From: Eledone cirrhosa | Lineage: Eukaryota | Length of the DNA: 64,000 nt | NCBI GenBank assembly: GCA_964016885.1 | Contig: OZ024743.1 | Span: 336,846,001-336,910,000, forward strand | Direction: 5' to 3' | Shown: positions 41,976-53,805 of the stretch, piece by piece | Position numbering within the stretch: position 1 is the first letter of the stretch | Layout: each line of letters opens with the position of its first letter | Position numbers and translations under genes: made by a program | Notes under the pieces: generated by a model | Told to the model about the DNA's origin: nothing | Seen by the model: the letters and a program-made list of their open reading frames with translations, nothing else | Database searches by the model: none

Positions 41976-43042
41976 TATAAAGCTGACGGCCGTATGTAGG
42001 TAACAAACTTCCGCCAAACGGCTGGACCAAACAGCACCAAATTTGCACCATAGATGTAACTTTTTCCAAGTAAAAAAGTGACGCTATTTTTGTCTACTGA
42101 ATTTTGTTAAAAGATTAAAGACATTATTTAAATATTCACTTCTTTAAAATTTCAAATGTCAACACTTCCGGTTATACGTCATTCCTCACTTTTTCTTATG
42201 ACGTCGCACAACATTCCCTACTTTTTCTGAGTCTGCATGTCTGCATTAGATAACGTTTTTCGAAATATTTACTTCTGCGTTCACAGACTGATTTTTTTTT
42301 ACTTTCAGAAGATCCCGTTAAGGGTGAAAGCAGCGATTCTTTGCTTTAACTTTAATCTGTTATTTTAATATATATATTCGCGTACAAATATTTTTGCATA
42401 CACAAAAACAAAAACCTATTCATTTGACGAAATGACAGACGGCTTATCGTCATTGTTACTGTTCGAGGTTAGAGGACTACAGTCTTTCCAAGATCTGAGA
42501 ACCATCAATGGCCATCAATGTTCCATTTACCGTTTGGCTTGCCAGATGCGTGGTATGTTACACGATGACAGCCATTGGCACCTCACCCTGAAAGAAGCAG
42601 CAACTGCTAAAGTCCCATCTCAGCTGCGAAAACTTTTTGCTATTATGCCGCACAACTGCGATCTCGCCCAATCTCTTCATCTTTGCTCCGGAGAGCCGAA
42701 CAAAAAATATTGTATACTCTGAGGCTCTAACAATGTAATTTAAATATTTTCTGTTACTTGGAATTTCCCTTATGGTTGTACAAATTATTGTTTGTTAAAA
42801 AATGTGTTCTCTGTTCAGCCTTTATTGTTGTAACTATCAATGTTCTTTAACGTACTGGCTGCTGAACTGGGGAATCCTAAAAACTATTCAAACTCAACAT
42901 CAGAGCACGTTAACCCCCCCCCCTCCCCGCTGACTTGAGAGAGCATGCGGTATCTGCACATCTGCACTAGAGTGTAGGGGGATTCCTGAAAAGATAAAAT
43001 GCCGGTAAACCTAGCCGGGCGCCAGCCGGAAGGGCCAGCTAG
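41969..43042 (+). mobile_element. Deleted Helitron carrying a RepHel fragment
   Basis: LLLFEVRGLQSFQDLRTING..YRLACQMRGMLHDDSHW (Rep-helicase linker). 3' CCGG..CCGG hairpin followed by CTAG|T. Confidence 0.8.
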
Positions 43043-43057
43043 TATATATATATATAT

Positions 43058-44579
43058 AATTACAACAGTGACATAAACAGGTACTCAAGTTTTGTTGGGT
43101 TCTGGGCCCCAACTCATTCAGCCTGTCATGAGAAAAAAAAAAGAAAGATGGCCGCCTAGGGTTGATTGTGCTTTCCTTTTAGGAATATAACATAGGAGTT
43201 TACGCAGGGGCAGGTAATTTAGGAAAAGTTTAGAAAAAGTTGTTTTTTTTAAATTATAGGGTAAGATCAAAGAGGGAAACTCTGAGACTTACAGACACAC
43301 ACGCATAGGTCATTCCACAAACCCAGTGAGAAACTTCGGTACATCCATAAGGACTCTAGCCACCCCCTATAGTTTTTAAAAACCTCATTACCAACATTAG
43401 TAAGAGGCTTTCCAAACTTTCCTACGGCAAAGCCATCTTTGATAGGGCAGCACCCTATTATAATTTAGCGCTGAAGAACAGCGGCTTCTCTGAAAATATC
43501 ACATACCCTCCAGATCACCGCCCTACATATAATAAGAAAAAAAACCTAGAAATGAAGATTTCATATGGTTCGCGCCACCTTTCTCACTTAATGTGAAAAC
43601 AAATATAGGCAAAAAATTCTTAGGCCTCATAGATCTTCTTTTCCCTGTTGGCCATAAATACCGAAATATATTTAATTGGCAGACAGTAAAAATAGGATAC
43701 TCTTGCACCAACAATGTAAAAACCTTCATCACCGGCAAACACAAAAGCCCTCCACTGTACGGATGTTCATGTAGAAGACCTGAAACATGTCCACTAGACC
43801 AACAGTGCAACACTCCGGCAGTGATATACCAAGCTGAGATTACCTCCACCAACCTGAACCACAAAACTGAAGCCTGGACCTATGCTGGTGTGTCCGAGAG
43901 CCAGTTTAAAAACCGGTACCTGAATCACGAAACTACATTCAGATATCCCGACAAAAAACATACTACCCAGCTCGCAAACCACGTATAGGGCCTTAAGAAG
44001 AACGGCACGCCCTTTTCCATCAAATGGTGGATTTTGTCGACTTTGTAATTCTGAAAAATTGTGGATACTCTCACAATTAGCTTCAGATAAGCACTGCCTC
44101 ACAAACGTCTCGATTGCTTTGGCGGTTTTCCCCATGTGAAAATGTATATTTTGGATAAATGGCTTAGGCCTGACTAACAGGTCTAGAAGTATCTCTTGAT
44201 TTACTGACAATATTGTAATTCAGTGAAATTTGATTTTTTTAATCAACTGGAAAAAATTGTGCTTTTTTTATCATTCAAAATTGACTGTGGTCTCTCAACA
44301 GTTACCTCCCTATAATTAAAAAAAACTTTTTCTAAACTTTTCCTAAATTACCTGCCCCCGCGTAAACTCTTATACTTTATTCCTAAAAGGAAAGCACAAT
44401 CAAACCTAGGCGGCCATCTTTGTTTTTATTTTTCTTGTTAGAGGCTGATTGGGTTGGGGCCCAGAACCCAACGAAACTTGAGTACCTGTTTATGTCACTG
44501 TTGTAATTATTTATACTAAACTCGTCCTATGGACTGAGTGCTCTTACTCTTCGATATTTCCACTTAACTTTTACTTCAG

Positions 44580-44580
<1 letters not shown>
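43058..44580 (+). mobile_element. Naiad-type PLE 3' fragment with inverted pLTR pair
   Basis: WFAPPF..KTNIGKKF, CSCRRPETCPL, YAGVSESQFKNRY. 43058-43265 is the inverse of 44305-44512. Confidence 0.85.
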
Positions 44581-44645
<65 letters not shown>

Positions 44646-44724
44646 TGTGTGTGTGTGTGTTGTTTATAAGGCGGTTGTTTGGCAATATATTTAGAACCCT
44701 CACATAGAAGGCTTGCAGTATTCA

Positions 44725-45360
44725 ATATCCGGCACACTGAATTCAAATTCCGTCGCGGCCAACTTTGCTTTTCATCCTTCCGTGGTCGAATATTCTATCC
44801 CTCCTCTATATTTCTTTATTCTCACTTCCTCTCTTACATATTCTGGAGATGAATGAACACTGCCGATTGAATTCAAAGCGCACAAAGCCGAAACAAATAT
44901 TGCAAATCATTTTACCGGATTGGCAGTATCGGTAGAGGGTCAGACGCCATGCTTTACAGCACAGTTACGTCCCTTTACGAATTGAGTTCAAATCCCGCCG
45001 AGGTTAACTTTGCCTTTCATCCTTACGGGGTCGATAAAATAAAGTACCAGTAATGTACTGGGTAATAGCTGGCCTTGTGCCAAAAGTAGAAACAATTATA
45101 ACGACTCCGATAAGTTGCTACACATCTGTATTTAGCAAATGTAAATATGTTTTTAATAGGATAGCTTTCTTCAGGGCGGTGGCCAACATGCTTTATAGCA
45201 TGGCGTTACACCCCTTTTCAATCTTAGTTCAAATCCTGCCGAGGTTAGCTTTGCCTTTCCTCCTTATGTTGTCGATAAAATAAAGTACCAGTAATGCACT
45301 ATGGTCGATTTAATCGTCCCCCCCCCCCCCCAATTGTTGACCTTGTGTCTAAATTGAGAA
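44725..45360 (+). mobile_element. Cluster of three tRNA-derived SINE copies
   Basis: Repeated (G)TTCAAATCC..CCGAGGTTAACTTTGCCTTTCATCC..GTCGATAAAATAAAGTACCAG. Confidence 0.75.
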
Positions 45361-46320
45361 CAATATGATAGCTTTCACCTCTATGGTGAATATTGTTGGA
45401 TCATTTGTGCCTTTCAGGCTGGATATATTTTTCCAAGTGAAAATATTGTATTTTCATTTTATTTGTTCAATTTGTTCTTATGCATGTTTACCAAGGTTAA
45501 CATATGTTTCAGTGTGAATCTCTGTGTTGCTGCTTAGCTTGATATTTGAGTGGTTTAAAATCTTATCAAAACTGTTTGGAGAATGTCTTGCTGTGGTAAT
45601 TGTATGATTCTAATTAATGAGGGTGGGTAACTTATTCACTTATGACTTAGAATGGTTTTGAACAATATCAATGAGAGTAATGAAAGGTTAGTAGTAGCAT
45701 TAGAATATATATAGAGAGAGATAGAGAGAGGGGAGAGGGCAGCAATTTATAGATAATATCCTTCAAAAGCAACCATAACTGATTAGTTAACTGGCCAGCT
45801 CATCATTTGATGGGATTGCCAAGCGAGTGGAGAAACAGGTAAACTCTAACGAGTTATAATGTGGTCTATGCTGTGAAATACGAAAGCATCTTTCTTTTTA
45901 CTGGTGGCCTCTCAGATACTGTTATTGAGTTTTAATGATATCTACATGTCACCCACCCATCAGTTTCTATGCTACATTCCATTAGGTTTTATTCCCATCA
46001 CATAAGATTTCAGTACGTACAACTATACAGAGCTGAGCAGCTAATTTCAGACTTGTAGCAATTGCACTTTCTATGACAAAGCTTCCCTTCTTACATTTAC
46101 ATCTCTGGTATCTGTCTTCTCATGAGTACAGTTCTGTGGTGCAAACTTCACCTGTTCAGGTATGCCAGAAAGTGAGCAGTCCCCCTTTGAACTAGACGGA
46201 TCTTCTTCAGGTATGTTACAAAGTGATAGGTCGTCCCACTTAACCAGAAATAAACTATTCATGGATATTACAAAGTGAACCATCCAACATTTGCCCCAAT
46301 AATTCGTGTTTTATCAGCTA

Positions 46321-49300
46321 CTAGTGATGTAGCAATAGGAAATTACACTTGCCCGTGTGATTTGTTGATGGTCAAATGCGACATCCGTGGAGGTCAGAGG
46401 AATTCTTGGGACGAACACATCCTCTTCCTTACCATATCCTATTGAAATGGTGACTTGAATCAGGTGTAGGATACATTTTTTTACAACCGTTTCATAGTCT
46501 AGGTGAGTTCAAACTCCTCAATAACATGATACACCCATCATGATTGCAGAACAAAGGTAGGATTAAGTTTATACAGCTTGATATATGTAACTATTATGCG
46601 TCTATCTCGCCGGTAGAGCTTAACAAGGCGCTTATGTTTGCACGCAGCCATACAGATTTAACCTGGGATGCAATTAACATCATTCATACTGCCAGGAAGA
46701 CTCTAATAGGTTTTGATAGTGAACTCTGGACTAGGAGAGAGTGGCCGGACAACTTTGACATCACGATGGGATTGAGCGACTCGGTGCAGGTTACTGACCT
46801 GGTGGGCATCTAAATTCTCAGAAACTTAAAAAGCGAGATCCCAGCGTTAGGCGGTGGAATATACCGCGACGATGCGCTGTTTACGCTACTCGACCACAGC
46901 AACAGGATGGTAACTAAGATTAGAAAAAGCTTAATTAAATTCTTCAAAGACTTGAGCCTCCACATAGGCATAGACGATAATAGAAGGATAATTAAGTTCC
47001 TGGACGTAACCCTCAATCTAGAATCCGGCCTCCACTACCCGTACCACAAGCTGAACGAGTGCCTAAAGTACGTAAATGCTAATTCCAACCATCCCAGGTC
47101 AGTTAAGAGGGCCATAGTGAATAGCGTATCCTGTAGGATATTATCTCTGTCAGCTAACCAAGAAATCTTCAAAAACGTAGCTAACTATTATAATAAAGCC
47201 CTTAATAGTGCAGGTTACAAAAATCGAATAAATAGCGTAACCGTTGTCAGTAACACATCGGAAGGAACCAATGGCAGGGCCAATCCTGCTGGGAGTGCAA
47301 TACCCACCCCTGGAGCCACACTGCTAACTAATCCTAGAGGATCTGTAAACCCAAACTTATTAAGCAGGTACCGGACTTCGCCTACAATGGAAAACGTTGA
47401 GGCCGGCGTGTGTGGGCCCGGGGGTGAGCGTTGACAGTACGAACCACCTCCCTTGCAGTGAACGGAGACCACACAGCTTGGGGTGCTCCGATCGGCATGG
47501 CCAACCCAACGGGAAACGACGAACTGGGAGGCGTGACCTTTCCAGGCGCCCACAGCAACTACTTAGCGCGTACTCGGAAGGGACGGGTGGTGAGACTGGG
47601 GACTACAACAGGAGGTGAACCCGTTCCCACAATTTCACATGGTTTAACCCCCCCCCCCCTTCTGCGCCGGTTTACGCAGAATCTTTTTTAAGGGCCTTGA
47701 ATAAGCACTTCCCTAAATAGCACAGGTACCACGCCATTTTCAACAGGCACACAATTAAATTGTCCTACTCCACAACTAGAAACCTAGTTAAAAATATAGA
47801 AGTCCACTCCGAGAGGTGGGGTCAGCGATCAAGAGGAAGCGAGCAACATAAATGCCTCTTCCTCCGATGGTAACATTATGAACCGTGAACGACGAAGGTA
47901 TAATGCAGCGCGATCCGGTAATACGGGCGGCAACACCTCTCCGAGCTCTAATTGTAGAAACCCTGGTAACTTCCCCCTGGAAGGCAAGTGCCTTAGCAGT
48001 GGCTTAGTCTATGAATGTAGGGTGAGTACCAATAACCAAACCTTCACCTATATCGAAGCCACAGCTGATAAGTTTAAGAAACGCTGGTACAATCACTGCC
48101 ACACCTTTAGGAGATTGGATAAGAAAAACAGCACCGCCCTCTCCGAACTAGTATGGCGTCTCAAACATGACAACTTGGAATACACCTTGTCGTGGTCCAA
48201 GGTTGCCTCAGCCCAACCCCACAGAGGAGGTGGGCATGACTCATGCAATCTTTGTGTCACCAAGATTATTGAGATAATCGAGAGGGGAACACGGGTTATC
48301 AATAAAAGGAGTAACCTGTTCAGCACCTGCCACAACAGATCAACTGGAACATTCCTCAGACTGTACGGATTAACAACATAGTTGTACTGGTTGAGGGTCA
48401 GTGTTAAGCCTGACCATGGGAGCCGGATGTGGCCACATAACGGCCCCAATGTCAAGCGAACCCTAGATAGCCTGTATGCATGCCTGGAGTCTCAAAGGTT
48501 CATATTTTATATCCCTTGGTTCCTTGTTCTTTGTTATCCGTATGTATTTATGTATAATCTCTGTTCAGTTTGTTCTTTGTTCTCTATCCGTGTGCCTGAA
48601 TTTGTAATTTATATCTATATGCTTTTCCTGTCCAATTTTTTCTGTCCTCATTTTCGCTTACCACAGCTCACTTACAAGGTCTAGCAGCCCTTTTGATAGT
48701 ATTAATACCATTGTATATATTGTAGTTACAACTGGCTGCTATTTTGGCTAGTTATTTTCTGCACTGTGATTATTGCCTGAGGGTGGAAGCGATGATTATT
48801 TTGTTAATAATGTTTTCAGCGACCCGCACCACCAGACCTTTTTGTTGCCGTCGTCACCGTCGTGGGTTCATTACTGGTGTTGTTATTGTTGTTGGTGTTA
48901 CCGCTTTCTGGCTTTCAGGTATGAGTACTCTCTGCCATTGACTGGGTACTAATATCACTGATACCACCTCTACTGCGGACACCGGTATACGGTGATGGGC
49001 GGTGTCAATGTTGTTGCAGTTACCTTTGTTGTTTTTGCTATAGTATAGGGAAAGATGCCATCAAATCTGTGTGTTGACCTAGCTCTGAGTTCGGTTTATT
49101 CCGTTTATTGCTGTGGCTGATGTTACCGTTGTTGTTGTCGGCGGGGTGGTATTTTCACTACGACTACTACGGCCAATGTAGGTGGTGTTGGTCGGTGTTT
49201 ACTGTTGTTGTCATTGTTGCTGTTGTAGCGGTTTACTGTAGCTGTTATTATCGTTGTTGTTGTCAGCGGGGTAGTAATATCACTACGACTGCTGCGGCCA

Positions 49301-49972
49301 GTGTAGGCGACTTTGGTCGGTATTTGCTGTTGTTGTTGTTCTTGTTGTTGCTGTTGTTGTTGTTGTCTTGAATGTGGCTGTCAACAAAATATATACCCAA
49401 CCCTCCCTCAGAGTTCCATTTGTTACTTCTAATATCTAATGGGCTATTGTTACGCATAGTTATTCGTTTGATACAGATCAATATTGCCTCTCTACTGATT
49501 TACGACCTCAACTCCGTTGGGGATGCGTGAATCCTATTTTTCCCTAATTGACACGTTGATAACATCTTGCTCCAGCAAGCACGACGGCTGGGAGACCCCT
49601 TTCAGGAACTCATATGTCTGCTGGGCACACAAGCAGTAGGACATATGTTTTTTCCTGCCGGCAGCATATCACTAAATCGATTTTTTTTCATCTGAGGATA
49701 CCGTTCTCATAACAACAAATGCATGAAGGACTTCTCAACTGCATGGAACACCGTGGAAATAATTATAATGATTAAACGATTTATGTAGTCGACTGGTCTG
49801 GATAATTTTCTTTAGCAAAAAGCCACCCTTAGCACATAATCTATCTGTGTTTCAAGTTTGAAAGAAATCGGTTGAGAGCTTTAAAAGTTATGGCAGAAAA
49901 TAGTTTTTGACTTTTAGGTTCAGAAACAAATCCGCAAACAAACACATACACAAACAGACAGAAATTGCCATT

Positions 49973-49985
<13 letters not shown>
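46321..49985 (-). mobile_element. Deleted Helitron interrupted by a PLE
   Basis: 46345-46540 (-) gives IMLLRSLNSPRL*NG...GYGKEEDVFVPRIPL...TINKSHGQ (Pif1-type helicase). CTAG|T at 46321. The 5' end near 49980 resembles the 19671 terminus. Confidence 0.65.
46545..49420 (+). mobile_element. Naiad-type PLE, 5'-truncated, long RT-EN linker and long 3' tail
   Basis: FIQLDI..YASI, FDITMG..VTDLVG, GGIYRDD, WFNPP, NCRNP..PLEGKC, GIY-YIG, CNLC. The 3' boundary is approximate. Confidence 0.85.
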
Positions 49986-50004
<19 letters not shown>

Positions 50005-50009
<5 letters not shown>

Positions 50010-52490
50010 ATACTTGGGGAGGGTCATATTTGTGTAATATTGCCAGAATTAATAACAGAACACACTCACTGTTTGGTTGGTTTTCGCTTTTCGCTTCTGT
50101 GTCTTTTATATCGGTAATCTAATTTATTCGGTCCTCAATGTTGCCATTGACTGACCGACGCTCAAAAATAATACAGATACAATATGGACACAAACACATA
50201 TATATAGTTTATCAAAGTTCTTTCGTTGCACATCTGCAACATCGTCAGTGGTGCTATTGTTTCCTCCCGTTGCATTGTATTTTCTACGCCATCTTTATTT
50301 AGTCTGTTTATGTATTTATTTATTTGTTTATTTTATTTTGTCTTCTTTGCGCATGCGTTTGCGTGTGTGTATAGTGTTTTGTTTGATGTGTGTTCGTGAT
50401 TGGGTGACTGTGTATTGGTTAATGTATTCTATCTTTACTAGTGTGTGTTTATATGTGTTTGTTGTTACTGTGCTTGTGTATGTATTTATTTATTCACTTA
50501 TCTATTTATTTATTTATACTTATCTTAGGTCAGTGTTGTTTGTTTGGGTGTTGTTGTTATTACATTCCTTCTTTCTGTTTAGCCTTGGCTTTCTAAGTAC
50601 TATTTCACTGGCCTCTCTGATTTGCCTATCTGCTGGATCATTTCTATGTTTAGATATTATTCTAATGTCTATGTTGTCTATGTTACCGTCGTGTTGTTGT
50701 CTGGCATGTTCGTATCGTACTGAACCGTTTTTTCGTCCTTTTAGTCCCCCACAGTGTTGGTCTATCCTTTCACCTATGCTACGAACTGTCTCGCCTATGT
50801 ATGTTGTTGTCATGTTTCTGCAAGTACCCTCTGTTCATCTTATGCTATAGACTACGTTTCTAGTTTTACAGTTTATCCGGGGGTTTACCTTACATATGAT
50901 ACATTTCCTATTAGTACAGTGGGTTTTCTTAAAAGGGTAGGTTTTGCTGATCAGGGATTTTATGGTGGTTCCTGACTTTTCTACCACCTTAATCTTTAAG
51001 TGGGTCTTTCTCAGGGCCTTTCTACACTGGTTAGCTAATTTCCCACCAGGGGTAGCGTCCACCAACATGACACTCTGGTATATCTGGTTGTTGTACCATG
51101 AGGTGGCTTTCCCTATCTTATGTTTAGCCCTATCTAAGCTATTCCATGATTTGCTCCTGTATAATGGGCAAATTCCTTTCATATCCAGTTCTATGAGGGT
51201 CTTATACTTCTCCATGGCTCCTTCGTATACTCTGACTCTGTCTCTTTGGTTGTAGCCAGAGAACTGCATGCGGTTGATGAAATGTTGGATGTGTCTTTCC
51301 ATTTCTGTTGGGTCGCACATGCGGGACACATTCTTCATCACTCGTACCAAATCTGCGATCAGAATATTAAACTTAGCACTACTGGACATTGCTGAGTTTT
51401 TGAGTATCAGGTATTTGGAGGCCATGGGTTTAGCATAGTGTGAGTGGAGAATTTGGGCTCTCTCGTCTATAGTGTTAATCCAGAGTTCCGTGTCTAATAC
51501 AGGTAGTCTATTGTTATGGTGTTTGGAAGGGTAGTCGATAGTTACAGTTATACTCTGGTGTATGGAATTAGCTATCTGTTGGATGCTTTCCATTGTGCTA
51601 CGTTCTAAATCAAACTTGTTAGTGCTCTCTAGTGGGATGTTCTTATAACTATATTGATATCGTCTACGTAACGAGAGTACATGATGAGGTCTATGGAGCT
51701 CTCATTAAGGAGATCTTTAAGTCTCCTTTCCCACCATACCATAAAAAGGTTGGCAACATCACCAGCTATGCTGACGCCAATGGGTGCTCCCTCATTTTGG
51801 GTGTAGATCTTCTCGTTGAACTTGAATATGTGGCCCTTTAGGGTAGTTTTGATACTAGCCCCTATTGCATGTGCGACCATTTTTCTTACCTGATCATTGT
51901 TTTTTTTTTTTGGGGGGGGGGGGGGGGGTCCGTATAGCTTTCGTCCACCCAATTCACCTTCCCATGGGAGTCTTTATAGCCATTGAGGTTATGGTGGGGG
52001 GTCTACCTCTTATGGATCTACTAGGGCAAAAACGTCTAGGGTCATGGCTGTCTAGGTAATCAGTGTCGTAGGTAAGTCTAAGTAGGAGGCCCAGTTCGTC
52101 TGTGTCGACGTCGCAGAACTCCACCTCACTCTCAATGATTATCTCCACACATTTTTCCACAGCAAAATCAATGTTAATGGATGGGTACAGTGATACCACA
52201 TCCATGCTGCCTATTATGCAGTTGGATAGGTTCCTGTTTTTGTTGCACTCACTGATTCTGCTGAGGAGGTCCTCTGTACTGTCACATACATCTGGGGACA
52301 TCTTGATTATGGGGTGTATAACCATTGAGAGGAAGTAGGAGATCCTGTAGTTGCTAGCTATATTTGCTCCGCATGCGGATCTTGTTGGTGGTCCTGTTGT
52401 CGGGTCGTCGACTGTCTTGTGGTCTTTGCGGAGCCCATACAAGGGTGGTATGCCATTGTTAGACGCCTTTAGTTGAGGTCATGACTCTTT
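50005..52490 (-). mobile_element. Neptune-type PLE, 5'-truncated and frameshifted
   Basis: YGLRKDHK, SMDVVSLYPSI, GAPIG, YSRYVDD, DYPSKH..LPVLD, YIGETVRS. pLTR with a degenerate HHR at ~50209-50253. Confidence 0.85.
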
Positions 52491-53115
52491 GAAAGGAATG
52501 GTTGAATGGTGTTAATAGTAGAATTGGCATAAAAATCTATTAGGAGGAAAGGGATTGTCAAACTGATAGTTGAATGTATCTGATATTGTTAAGTTTAAAA
52601 GGAATGTAAAATTAATGGTGATTAGTGTTGTATTGAGTTTTTAGATGAATATAAATTAAGGTTATGGCTAGGAAAGATAGTATATTAAAATATGAAAATT
52701 ATAATAAGATAATGAAATAAAGTGATGCGATAATATACAACATAACCAACGCAATATAGTACGGTGTGGTAAATTGCACTTAGTATAATACAGCATATGA
52801 TACGCTCTAAAATACTATCAAACTCAGATGAATACATGTTGGCATAGTTAAAACACATAAATGTCATAGATTACAAAGTGTCTATATCCACACTATATAT
52901 AGAGAGAGATACAGTTATATTGATATCCAACCAAAAATATACATACGCACAAATAGATGCAAACCTAAACACACATTTACACATGTGCACATAATCATAT
53001 ACACACATATCCATACATATCTATATCTACACATACACACCTATACCCACACATACACACATATATATATACACACCTACATATATATATATATATATAT
53101 AAATTATATATATAT

Positions 53116-53557
53116 AATTAAGTTAAAAATGTACATCCACATATGTATACTGAAATACTAGTATGCATATGAATACACACACGTGTACATATGTAGATGT
53201 ACCGAGTTTTTCACTGGACACTTTACTGTGAGTGTCCAGCTATTCTGTATGTAAACACACAGACAAACCGGTTTTTAGAGTCATACTGGTTTTCGAGGAA
53301 ACACCTTTCCTCTATTCTCCAGAAAGCCTTGCCTTGCCTTGTCTGGCTTTCTGGAGAATAGAGGAAAGGTGTTTCCTCGAAAACCAGTATGACTCTAAAA
53401 ACCGGTTTGTCTGTGTGTTTACATACAGAATAGCTGGACACTCACAGTAAAGTGTCCAGTGAAAAACTCGGTACATCTACATATGTACACGTGTGTGTAT
53501 TCATATGCATACTAGTATTTCAGTATACATATGTGGATGTACATTTTTAACTTAATT
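53116..53557. repeat. Perfect inverted repeat, 213-bp arms, 16-nt spacer
   Basis: 53116-53328 is the reverse complement of 53345-53557. No mismatch seen by eye. Confidence 0.95.
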
Positions 53558-53805
53558 GTTTAAGCGTCAGTCATACAAAAGTGAGTTACAAACGAAACAA
53601 AATTTAATTTCGTTTCGTTATTTGTTTTTATATATATATATATATATACATATATACATACACATATATATGTGTATGTACACACCTCATACATCTACAC
53701 ATACTCATATATAAACACTCATACACATATACTAACATATACACACACACAAACACACATATATATATATATACACACATACACACACACACATACATAT
53801 ACATA

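Noticed and set aside
46071-46283. 70-aa minus-strand ORF that looks protein-like
   Set aside because: No recognisable motif or splice support, and no in-frame link to the host gene.
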